A stretch of DNA of 32,000 nucleotides from Candidatus Heimdallarchaeota archaeon B3_Heim (GCA_003144275.1 NJBF01000002.1:30001-62000); one strand, 5' to 3'; shown: positions 9,465-17,195, counted from the stretch's first letter. Numbers and translations: made by a program. The notes: generated by a model not told the origin, from the letters alone.

Positions 9465-9485
9465 TTTGAACTCGGGTCGTAGGGG

Positions 9486-9517
9486 TTATCCTGATATCTC
9501 ATACAAGAAGATATCAT
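9486..9517 (-). other. tRNA intron, 32 nt, position 37/38 of tRNA-Glu
   Basis: Bulges CAA and AAC, inner helix TGATATCT/AGATATCA, central CTCT/GGAT with one mismatch. Confidence 0.88.
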
Positions 9518-9614
9518 TGAGAGCCCTAAATGATGGACCAAGCTACACTATCGGAGCAAGTGTTTTAATTTGATGTAGTGCTGGGGGGGGGGTTTGAACC
9601 CCCGACTTCGGGAT

Positions 9615-9676
9615 GTCCCATGTTAGCGCGTTTCAAATTAGCCCTTTGAAAGGTAATGTGAGAATCGCTCTCAGAT
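9615..9676 (-). other. tRNA intron, 62 nt, position 37/38 of tRNA-Met
   Basis: Central CTCA/TGGG, bulges TAA and ACA; two internal hairpins. Confidence 0.87.
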
Positions 9677-9700
9677 TATGAGTCCCGCGCTATACCAGGC

Positions 9701-9729
9701 CTCGCCGCAATAATCAGGTTTTTATTGCT
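9701..9729 (-). other. tRNA intron, 29 nt, position 14/15 of tRNA-Met
   Basis: Inner helix GCAATAA/TTATTGC, bulges TAA and AGG, central GGCT/GGCG (3 bp plus a mismatch); removal restores GCTTA|GCCTGGTATAGC. Confidence 0.82.
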
Positions 9730-9942
9730 TAAGCCACCCCAGCAAGGCGTTAATTATCATAAGCTATATTTATGTACCAACGCATCCGAATTTACCACCA
9801 GAACCTAGTAGATTAAAAGATTGCGTTTGATAAGTTTGGGAAGGTACTAGTAATTTTAAAAATTAACGTTGTAACGATGCTTTAGTTAGGACTAGTTCGT
9901 TTGCCCCGATGGTGTAGCTTGGTCTAGCATTGATGGCTGTCA

Positions 9943-9972
9943 AAGACTTGTCAAGTCTGACAGTCAGCAGAC
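9943..9972 (+). other. tRNA intron, 30 nt, position 37/38 of tRNA-Asp
   Basis: Central CTGT/GCAG, bulges CAA and ACC, internal hairpin GAC(T)TGTCA/TGACAGTC. Confidence 0.87.
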
Positions 9973-9993
9973 CCCATCCGACTCGGGTTCAAA

Positions 9994-10023
9994 AGGTACA
10001 AACTATTTGTTTATACTTGAAAA
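9994..10023 (+). other. tRNA intron, 30 nt, position 59/60 of tRNA-Asp
   Basis: Strict BHB: central TTCA/TGAA, bulges AAA and AAT, inner GGTA/TACT. Confidence 0.88.
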
Positions 10024-10049
10024 TCCCGATCGGGGCGCCAGTTCTTCAT

Positions 10050-10150
10050 GGGCGCATAGCTCAGCCAGGTAGAGCGACAGGCTTTTAGTGGTTGTTTATT
10101 ATTGACCAAAAGAAACCTGTTGGCCGGGGGTTCAACTCCCTCTGCGCCCG
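10050..10150 (+). tRNA. tRNA-Lys(TTT) with one canonical intron
   Basis: GGGCGCA/TGCGCCC acceptor; ACAGG-CTTTTAA-CCTGT anticodon arm after removing 10088-10114; starts 9 nt after tRNA-Asp. Confidence 0.94.
10088..10114 (+). other. tRNA intron, 27 nt, position 37/38 of tRNA-Lys
   Basis: Strict BHB: central CTTT/AAAG, bulges TAG and AAA, inner TGGT/ACCA. Confidence 0.9.
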
Positions 10151-10589
10151 TTACTTCTCTTTTTAGAATAACAAATAAAAAAAATACGAATTTTTCTTAC
10201 CACAATTTTTGGTATTATTTTTATCTAGAATAAATAAAAGACTTTTAACCAATATTCGAGGTTAGTAAAGTGAATATTTTGGTTTTTATAAAGTCATTGA
10301 CATACAATGACTAAAAACGTCAAATGAGTACTGTTTAACAACTGTGAGAACGAAGGGTTATATGTGAAAAGAAGGTTATAGAACAAAGTTGGTATTCTTC
10401 TATCCATAGAATCTTCACTCATTCTAATTTTTTGGAAAATCGTTACCCCATCCGTCTTTTGGATCGAATTCGATATTTGATGAAATTTATTATTGTGTTT
10501 GGGGAAAGAAAAGGAATTCTTCAGCATTTAAGCCTGGTATGCGCCCATATCACGTTTAATTCTCTTGAATTGACATTTTAGAGAATTTA

Positions 10590-11957
10590 CTACAATCCTT
10601 CAAAACCTGGGGGAAGCCCACCTGGTGCTCCTCCACGTCGGCCTCGCATTTTTCTCATGGCCTTAAATTGTTTTGTCATTTGATTAAATTGTTTTAATAG
10701 TTGTTTTACCTCTTGAGGCGAGGTACCTGAACCTCGGGCAATTCGCTGTATGCGCTTTCCTTTTATTATTCGAGCATCATCCAGTTCTTCATCAGTCATT
10801 GAGCCACAGATTGCTAGAAATCGTTTCATACCTTTTTGACTTTCTTCCTCCAAATTTGGCTGTTGACCCATCATACTACTAACTCCAGGAATTTTAGAAA
10901 CTAATTTTCCTATTGAAGATTGCTTATTAGCGGTCTCCATTTGCTTTTGAAAATGTCTTAAGGTAATTTTTCCCTTTTTAAAGGCATCACGTATTTCTGC
11001 AGTATCTTCTTCATCAAAAGCTTCATTTACCTTAGTTACTAATCCTTCCAAATCCCCCATTCCAAGGAGTGATCCAACAAATCGTGTAGGATTGAATTCT
11101 TCAAGATCTTGGATTTTTTCACCATCACCATAGAAGCGGATCACTGCACCAGTAACTGATACGGCGGATACTGCCCCACCACCTTTTGCAGATCCATCCA
11201 ATTTAGTTAAAATAATTGATCCTAAAGGTGTTGCACGATTAAAAGCGTCCGCTTGAGCTTGGGCTTGCTGACCAATGGTTGCATCAACAACTAAGATTAT
11301 TTCAGTTGGGCTAGATACTTTAGCTATTGACTGCATCTCTTTAAGTAGGGATTTCTCCTCCTTATGGCGCCCTGTTGTGTCAATTAGGATAAGATTGATA
11401 TTTTTCATTCCCTCAAAATGCTTCAACCCTTTTTTTATGACATTGGTGGCTTTTTTCTCTTTTTCATCACCATAAACTTCAACGTCTATTGGAGCCAAAT
11501 TCTGTTGAAGTTGCACCAAAGCCCCAGGTCTGAATGTATCTCCACCTATTACTCCGATTTTAAATCCTCGTTTTTGAAAGTAATTGGCTAGTTTACCGAT
11601 AGCTGTTGTTTTTCCAGATCCTTGGATTCCGATAAGCAACAGGATAGATTTTTCATTTGGATTTAAACGCAAAGGGTCATGTTTTCTTCCGAGAAGATTT
11701 GTTAATTCATCATAAATGACCTTCAATGTATAATCGCGTCTGCTTAAACCTGGAGGGATATTATCTTTCAAGGCTTTATTACGCACTACGTCACACATAT
11801 TCAGAGCTAGATCTAAATTCACGTCTGCACCCAGTAGTGCATTTTCTAGATCTTTCATTAATTCTTTTATTAATTTTTCATCAACGATTGGCGCTCCTCG
11901 AATCTTCATAATCGTTTTGCGCAAAGATGACCCTAGAGAATCAAGCAAGTTGTACAC
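10590..11957 (-). CDS. srp54: Signal recognition particle 54 kDa protein
   Basis: NG GTPase motifs GIQGSGKTT, DTFRPGA, DTTGRH, TKLDGSAKGGGA; Met-rich M domain with RIARGSG. Confidence 0.97.
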   Translation of the reverse strand: MYNLLDSLGSSLRKTIMKIRGAPIVDEKLIKELMKDLENALLGADVNLDLALNMCDVVRNKALKDNIPPGLSRRDYTLKVIYDELTNLLGRKHDPLRLNPNEKSILLLIGIQGSGKTTAIGKLANYFQKRGFKIGVIGGDTFRPGALVQLQQNLAPIDVEVYGDEKEKKATNVIKKGLKHFEGMKNINLILIDTTGRHKEEKSLLKEMQSIAKVSSPTEIILVVDATIGQQAQAQADAFNRATPLGSIILTKLDGSAKGGGAVSAVSVTGAVIRFYGDGEKIQDLEEFNPTRFVGSLLGMGDLEGLVTKVNEAFDEEDTAEIRDAFKKGKITLRHFQKQMETANKQSSIGKLVSKIPGVSSMMGQQPNLEEESQKGMKRFLAICGSMTDEELDDARIIKGKRIQRIARGSGTSPQEVKQLLKQFNQMTKQFKAMRKMRGRRGGAPGGLPPGFEGL

Positions 11958-12129
11958 CTCTTTTTTTGTATGTTTATTACTTTCTCAAATATTTTTTTTG
12001 GTTCCATTTTCTTGAACTCAAATATCGATATCTAATTTAGAAAGATACATCCTATTTGGTTTAGATGCCTCTTTCTACTGATAATGACTGCTCCTGAGAC
12101 AATTGTCAGAATATCTCGATTGATCTGGA

Positions 12130-12711
12130 TCACTCTTGATCGAGCATATAATTGAGAATTGTGATAGTTTGGGAACTTAGATATTCATCTGATCCCAAAG
12201 ATACCCTTTTTAATTTAGAAAGAATTGTTTCATCCTCCGATGGGTATCCCAATTGGTCACCTATTATGAATGATTGATAAGTGGAGATTCTCTTATGATT
12301 AACCTCTCCATGGATGTCTAACATAACTGGTTCATGTTTAGTAAGTAAATTTTCTAGATTTCCTGAATAGAAGCGAATTCCAGGATGTGGGAAACCCCGA
12401 AAAACGCGTTTTAAGATCCCTGCAATCGCACGCTCGTCTGGATTAATACCATGAACATTCTCCCCAGTAATCTGTAAAATGGTTTTATTAATTACAAAAT
12501 AAACATAGAGTAGAACATCCTTACGAAAATTATTTGAAAGAAAAAAAGCTGTTGAAATACATCTACATAATACATCCAAGCGCCCATAACTTGTTAATGA
12601 ATTAATGGAAAGAGGTTTAAAAGTATCCACAGAATTGGAAGTGATTATGAAAATTCTATTCATTTTAGGTAACCACATTGGATTTTCAAGGTCTAATAAG
12701 ACTGATGACAA
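12130..12711 (-). CDS. trmY: tRNA (pseudouridine54-N1)-methyltransferase
   Basis: GRLDVLCRC..AFFLSNNFRKDV, INPDERAIAG, IGDQLG and SLG..YLSSQTITILNY match the TrmY (DUF358) SPOUT family. Confidence 0.88.
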   Translation of the reverse strand: MSSVLLDLENPMWLPKMNRIFIITSNSVDTFKPLSINSLTSYGRLDVLCRCISTAFFLSNNFRKDVLLYVYFVINKTILQITGENVHGINPDERAIAGILKRVFRGFPHPGIRFYSGNLENLLTKHEPVMLDIHGEVNHKRISTYQSFIIGDQLGYPSEDETILSKLKRVSLGSDEYLSSQTITILNYMLDQE

Positions 12712-12804
12712 ATAGAAGCAATATATTCTTCGGCTGGAAAGTTTAAACTCGAAAGAAATAATTGCACTTTCTCCCTAAGCATGATTTGTTGAAACGTCAA
12801 GAAA

Positions 12805-14238
12805 TTGGACTTTCAAGCCTTTATACTTGAGGAAATCTCACGGAAAATGGATTTTCTTGTAATAGGAAGAAGGATTATCAAAATGGACTCGTATCTTTTC
12901 AAAACAATTGTACCTTTTATCGAAAAACATCATGTCTGTAATTCGTGTTTAGGCAGACAATTCGGTAACTTATTGACTGGTTTATCTAATGCAGATCGTG
13001 GTTCTGCATTAAAGATATTTCTTGCCATGGAGTGGGAAATCAATCATCGTCAAGCAAAAACTGGACTATCAAACATTTCGTCACTAGTATCAAAGGATTT
13101 TTCCATCGGAGAACATTCAGTTAGACGATATTTTCCGGATTCTGAACCTAATTCTCTACCCTGCACAATATGTCAAGATTTTCTTTCTTATCCATTTTTA
13201 GAAAGTTTGGCCAAGGAAGCATGTGATCTAGTAAGTGCGTATGAATTTTCGACTTTCTTGGTTGGCTCTAAATTTCCTCCTGGAATTATAGATAATGAGG
13301 ATATTACTCGGAGCACCTTTAGCTTTGAATATGGCGAATCTATCAAATCCGACTTCAACCGTGAACTTGGGAAAATCCTCTCAACGTTTATTCCAGACGC
13401 TACTGTTGATTTCAAAGCACCAGATATTGTATTTACCTTTGATCTTATTCAAAATAGTATCGATATTAAGAGTAACCCTCTTTTTATCTTGGGGAGATAT
13501 AGAAAATTAGAACGAGGTATTCCTCAATCAAAATGGTTCTGTCGTAAATGTCGAGGAGTAGGGTGTAATCACTGTAACTTTACAGGGAAAATGTATCAAG
13601 ATTCTGTTGAAGAATATGCTACGACGCCATTTTTTGACGCTGCAAAAGGAATTTCGAGTAAATTTCACGGATCGGGAAGAGAAGACATTGATGCTCGTAT
13701 GTTAGGAACAGGTAGGCCCTTTGTTATTGAAATTTCTGAACCTAAAATTAGAAATCTTGACTTCAAAGCGATTACGAAACAGATTTCTGATAATTCAAAC
13801 GGTAAAGTTGAAGTTACAATTGAAGGATTAACTAATAGAACTAAAGTACGAGAGATTAAAACTCGTTCGAGTAGAAATGCGAAAGCTTATAGAGCAGTGG
13901 TAACTTTAGAAAAATCGTTACCAGACAACCATTCAATTTTAGAAACTATTACTGAAGAATTTACAAATATCCTAATTCAACAACGAACACCCATAAGGGT
14001 TGCCCATAGAAGGGCGGATAAAATCAGAACGCGCAAAGTTTCTTCCTTTCAGATAGAAAAAGCAACTAAGGATGAAATAACGGTACATATAGTTTGTGAG
14101 GGAGGATTATATGTAAAAGAATTGATTAGTGGAGATCAGGGACGTACACAACCGAGTTTTTCTGGAAAATTGGGGATCCCAGCAGTGGTTACAAAATTGG
14201 ATGTTATTGAAGTATTTAAAAGCACTGATCCTATATAA
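12805..14238 (+). CDS. pus10: tRNA pseudouridine 54/55 synthase Pus10
   Basis: N-terminal CNSCLGRQF zinc site, THUMP-like region, GRYRKLERGIPQSKW, catalytic GREDIDARMLG, GGLYVKELISGD. Confidence 0.96.
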   Translation: MDFQAFILEEISRKMDFLVIGRRIIKMDSYLFKTIVPFIEKHHVCNSCLGRQFGNLLTGLSNADRGSALKIFLAMEWEINHRQAKTGLSNISSLVSKDFSIGEHSVRRYFPDSEPNSLPCTICQDFLSYPFLESLAKEACDLVSAYEFSTFLVGSKFPPGIIDNEDITRSTFSFEYGESIKSDFNRELGKILSTFIPDATVDFKAPDIVFTFDLIQNSIDIKSNPLFILGRYRKLERGIPQSKWFCRKCRGVGCNHCNFTGKMYQDSVEEYATTPFFDAAKGISSKFHGSGREDIDARMLGTGRPFVIEISEPKIRNLDFKAITKQISDNSNGKVEVTIEGLTNRTKVREIKTRSSRNAKAYRAVVTLEKSLPDNHSILETITEEFTNILIQQRTPIRVAHRRADKIRTRKVSSFQIEKATKDEITVHIVCEGGLYVKELISGDQGRTQPSFSGKLGIPAVVTKLDVIEVFKSTDPI

Positions 14239-14494
14239 TCTTGAAATCAAATAAACATAAGATATTCCTTAGAAAAATAAATTAATGGGCTTGAATAGGC
14301 AACATTTGCGGTTTATACAAAAAATTCTAACTGACTTCAGGTTTAGAGGTTTTTAGATTCTCAAAATTTATAATCACGTTTATCCCAGTTGTATTAGAAA
14401 GCCAAAAATAGTCATATGAAACTCCTTCCTTTAGTCTTTAAAGCCTATAAGAGTACTTCAATGTAAGTTGATTGCATAGGAATGCTCGGAAAAT

Positions 14495-14803
14495 TTGGGG
14501 CATACCAAGATGGTCAGAAAATCAAAGGGTACTAACTTTCGCACACGGAGAATTTTTTCTAAACATCCACGAAATAGAGGTTTACCATCTCTATCCCGTA
14601 CTTTAACGGAATATGAAGTAAATTCAAAGGTTAATATTGTTATAGAACCTAGCGTCCAAAAAAGTCGTCCGCATAGGCGATTTCATGGCAAAACGGGAGT
14701 CGTCTTAGAAAGACGTGGACAGGCATATGTTGTTCGTGTTACAGATGGTAAAAGCTATAAGAAAATCATAACACGTCCAGAGCACTTGAAGGCCCAGCAC
14801 TGA
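14495..14803 (+). CDS. rpl21e: 50S ribosomal protein L21e (start may be ATG 14510)
   Basis: MVRKSKG..RTRRIF, PHRRFHGKTGVV, RPEHLK. Confidence 0.96.
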   Translation: MGHTKMVRKSKGTNFRTRRIFSKHPRNRGLPSLSRTLTEYEVNSKVNIVIEPSVQKSRPHRRFHGKTGVVLERRGQAYVVRVTDGKSYKKIITRPEHLKAQH

Positions 14804-14844
14804 TCTTGAATTTATAACTAAATCGTTTTTGGAGATCCAAAAAG

Positions 14845-15243
14845 TTGGTACGAAAGGTTAAGGAAGAAAAGCCTATACCATTAGGGCAAGTATATGAATT
14901 CCTTCAGTTGAGGGAAGAATCTGGTATTAATTATGTTCAACGTGTTACTGCACAACACGCAGAAAATCTCTCAAGAGACGCTGCATATTCTGAAGAAGTC
15001 TTGGAAATGCTCCAATCTGAGTTTGATTTAACAAGATTATTAGCTGTTCAAATAGTCAATTTAAATCCTAAAACCGCAACTGATGTAAAAGCGGTAACTA
15101 GAGATCGTTTGACTGATGATCAAGTTGAGCAATTATTGGAACGGTATTCAGGATTTGTTTTAAAAGTTAAAGTAGCAATGGAAGAGAAAAAAAGCGAAGA
15201 AGAAGAACCTACTGAAATTGACGAGACCTTCGAAGATCTATAG
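14845..15243 (+). CDS. rpo4: DNA-directed RNA polymerase subunit Rpo4 (RpoF)
   Basis: Follows rpl21e as in the conserved archaeal cluster; EEKPIPLGQVYEFL and AVQIVNLNPKT..DVKAV (HRDC-like); TTG start after GGAG. Confidence 0.85.
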   Translation: MVRKVKEEKPIPLGQVYEFLQLREESGINYVQRVTAQHAENLSRDAAYSEEVLEMLQSEFDLTRLLAVQIVNLNPKTATDVKAVTRDRLTDDQVEQLLERYSGFVLKVKVAMEEKKSEEEEPTEIDETFEDL

Positions 15244-15481
15244 ATTTTCAATATTATTAGGAGTCTCACCTTGTGTTCACTTTTAGATATTTATTTTTAC
15301 TCGAATAGTGGATAGATCTATTCTAAGAGTTCGAGTACATAATTTAGCCGCCATTGAGGCATTCTCTTAGATTTAATTGATCTTACACCAGAAAAATTTA
15401 AATCGTTTAGAAGTTTAAATTGAAACGAGGCAAATTCATTAGACAGTGAATTAAAAAAGGGACGTGGTCTAGATTGGTTTT

Positions 15482-15511
15482 AATCGTATTTTTATTAAAT
15501 ACGTTGACCAA
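15482..15511 (+). other. tRNA intron, ~30 nt, D-loop just before A21 of tRNA-Pro (boundaries +/-1)
   Basis: Central GGTT/GACC, bulges TTA and AAA, inner helix CGTATTT/AAATACG. Confidence 0.8.
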
Positions 15512-15550
15512 ATGATTCTTGGTTCGGGACCAAGAGGCCGGGGGTTCAAA

Positions 15551-15581
15551 ATTAGACAAGCAGGAGGCTTTCTCATGAAAA
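15551..15581 (+). other. tRNA intron, 31 nt, position 59/60 of tRNA-Pro
   Basis: Central TTCA/TGAA, bulges AAA and AAT, inner AGA-AAGC/GCTT-TCT. Confidence 0.86.
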
Positions 15582-15631
15582 TCCCCCCGTCCCTATTTAT
15601 TCACTTTAATCCGAGATTGAGATGAAATGTA

Positions 15632-16174
15632 CTGAAATCAATCCCCACTTATTCACAATGCTTACAGCTTCTATTTCAATTTTCAGTACCTAATAGAGTA
15701 ATCACCCATTTATTCCTCACAACACAAACTGCTATGATAATCACAAGAGAACTGAAAACCCAGAATTATGTAATCGACTGTAATCTGGTTTTAGCTGGGG
15801 CCATGCTTCATGATATTGGAAGATCGCGATCACATAAGCTCGATCACGGGATAATAGGCGGAAAGCTCTTAAAAGAAGAAAAATTTCCAGCAGAACTAAT
15901 AAGCATTATAGAAAATCATGTTTTTGCAGGTATTTCTAAAGAAGAAGCATTAGAATTCAATCTTCCACATAGAGATTTTCTACCCCACTCATTAGAAGAG
16001 AAAGTAGTGGCTTATTCGGATAATATCTCAAAAAGCAATGCGATATTAACAACAGAACAGGTCATTATACGATATTCTCGCTATTTAGATGAAAAACATT
16101 CAATTATTCAACGAGTTTGGGATTTACATAACGAAATTGAATCATTACTTGTCACCCAAGTAAAAAAGGGATAA
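15632..16174 (+). CDS. HD-domain metal-dependent phosphohydrolase (archaeal HDIG type); real N-terminus lies upstream of the track's ATG 15734
   Basis: MLHDIGRSR, IIENHV, PHSLEEKVVAYSD motifs. The frame stays open back to 15626 and encodes IPTYSQCLQLL..VPNRVITH, which holds the expected first His. Confidence 0.82.
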   Translation: MKSIPTYSQCLQLLFQFSVPNRVITHLFLTTQTAMIITRELKTQNYVIDCNLVLAGAMLHDIGRSRSHKLDHGIIGGKLLKEEKFPAELISIIENHVFAGISKEEALEFNLPHRDFLPHSLEEKVVAYSDNISKSNAILTTEQVIIRYSRYLDEKHSIIQRVWDLHNEIESLLVTQVKKG

Positions 16175-16176
16175 TT

Positions 16177-17172
16177 GTGACAGATCATAAAAACATAGAG
16201 GAATTTATTTCATGGTTAAGGAAGAATAATAAGTCAATTATTCTTGCAATGCATAATCAGGCCGATCCTGATGCTGTTGGATCTGCTATAGCTTTGATTC
16301 ATTTAATAAAATATGTAAATCCCCAGATAGAAGTCTCTGTTTATGATCCTGACCTTAGTGGACTCAGTCAGAAATTACTCCTCCATCTCGACTATGAATT
16401 ACCAATAGTTTCAGAGTATGATATTTCTACACTCCTAATTCTTCTTGATAATCCTTCTATCCCTCTTAAACTCAATCAACCAGAAAGAAAAATAATTATT
16501 ATTGATCATCATGTCAAACAGGAGATCAAAACCAAATTACTATTTGATATTCGGAAGAGGAAGGTTACATCGACTGCAGAAATCATTGTACTGATCTATC
16601 AGATTGGAAATATCCCTCTAAATGCAATTAGCGTTAAAAGTCTTCTTGCAGGGATTATTTTTGATACTAGACGATTCCTTTATGTTAAAAATGAGCTTTT
16701 CAACAAAATTGTATACTTATTACAGGACTACCCAACTGCTTACAGGGAACTACTACCTCTTTTCACATCTACAAGGTCTTTTGATGAGCGTATTGCATGT
16801 ATCAAAGCAGCACAACGAATGAAAAGAGTAGAAATAAAAAAATTTCAAATCGTGCTTTCTCACGTTAGTTCTTTTGAGGCTGCTGCAGCTAGGTCATTAA
16901 TTTATCTTGGAGGGGATCTATCAATTGTGGTAGCCAGGCTCTCAGATCATTCTCGAATAAGTCTTCGTGCGACATCCGAGTTTACAAAATCAACAAATAT
17001 TTCCTTGGGACGAGATATCGTCCCTCTTCTCATTGACAAATTTGAAGGAACTGGTGGAGGTCATGATGGAGCTGCAGGATACAATTCTTCAACCCGAATG
17101 GATCTAAAATTAGTATTTGATTTTCTCTTACACAATCTTACAGATCTGATAAAGAAAAATCAAGAAAACTAG
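16177..17172 (+). CDS. DHH/DHHA1 family phosphoesterase
   Basis: HNQADPDAVGS, LLD, IIDHH, GIIFDT and GGGHDGAAG motifs. Confidence 0.9.
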   Translation: MTDHKNIEEFISWLRKNNKSIILAMHNQADPDAVGSAIALIHLIKYVNPQIEVSVYDPDLSGLSQKLLLHLDYELPIVSEYDISTLLILLDNPSIPLKLNQPERKIIIIDHHVKQEIKTKLLFDIRKRKVTSTAEIIVLIYQIGNIPLNAISVKSLLAGIIFDTRRFLYVKNELFNKIVYLLQDYPTAYRELLPLFTSTRSFDERIACIKAAQRMKRVEIKKFQIVLSHVSSFEAAAARSLIYLGGDLSIVVARLSDHSRISLRATSEFTKSTNISLGRDIVPLLIDKFEGTGGGHDGAAGYNSSTRMDLKLVFDFLLHNLTDLIKKNQEN

Positions 17173-17195
17173 AATTTTTTTTGTTTTAAGGCATA

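Larger units (their letters stand above)
9418..9557 (-). tRNA. tRNA-Glu(CTC) with two introns (37/38 and T-loop 59/60)
   Basis: GCTCCGA/TCGGAGC acceptor; TAGGG-CTCTCAC-CCCTA anticodon arm and CCGAG-TTCAAAT-CTCGG T-arm after removing 9486-9517 and 9432-9464. Confidence 0.92.
9579..9743 (-). tRNA. tRNA-Met(CAT), probably elongator, with two introns (14/15 and 37/38)
   Basis: GCTGGGG/CCCCAGC acceptor; CGGGA-CTCATAA-TCCCG anticodon arm with A31:U39. No A1:U72 and no three G-C pairs, so not the initiator. Ile2 identity cannot be fully excluded from sequence alone. Confidence 0.88.
9903..10040 (+). tRNA. tRNA-Asp(GTC) with two introns (37/38 and 59/60), CCA encoded
   Basis: GCCCCGA/TCGGGGC acceptor followed by GCCA; GATGG-CTGTCAC-CCATC anticodon arm and TCGGG-TTCAAAT-CCCGA T-arm after splicing. 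Confidence 0.93.
15458..15595 (+). tRNA. tRNA-Pro(CGG) with two non-canonical introns (D-loop and 59/60) and no anticodon intron
   Basis: AGGGACG/CGTCCCT acceptor; intact CTTGG-TTCGGGA-CCAAG anticodon arm; GGGGG-TTCAAAT-CCCCC T-arm after splicing. Confidence 0.9.

Noticed and set aside
9615-9729. C/D box guide RNA inside the tRNA-Met introns
   Set aside because: Isolated CTGA only; no RTGATGA C box.
9937-9973. Nested intron in the tRNA-Asp anticodon intron (CTGTCA can also pair with TGACAG)
   Set aside because: The alternative BHB lacks an outer helix and would leave a 7-nt second intron; one 30-nt intron explains the sequence.
10294-10527. 77 aa ORF downstream of srp54
   Set aside because: No recognisable motif or clear SD, and the other frames are full of stops. 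It could be a decayed gene, but I cannot support a call.
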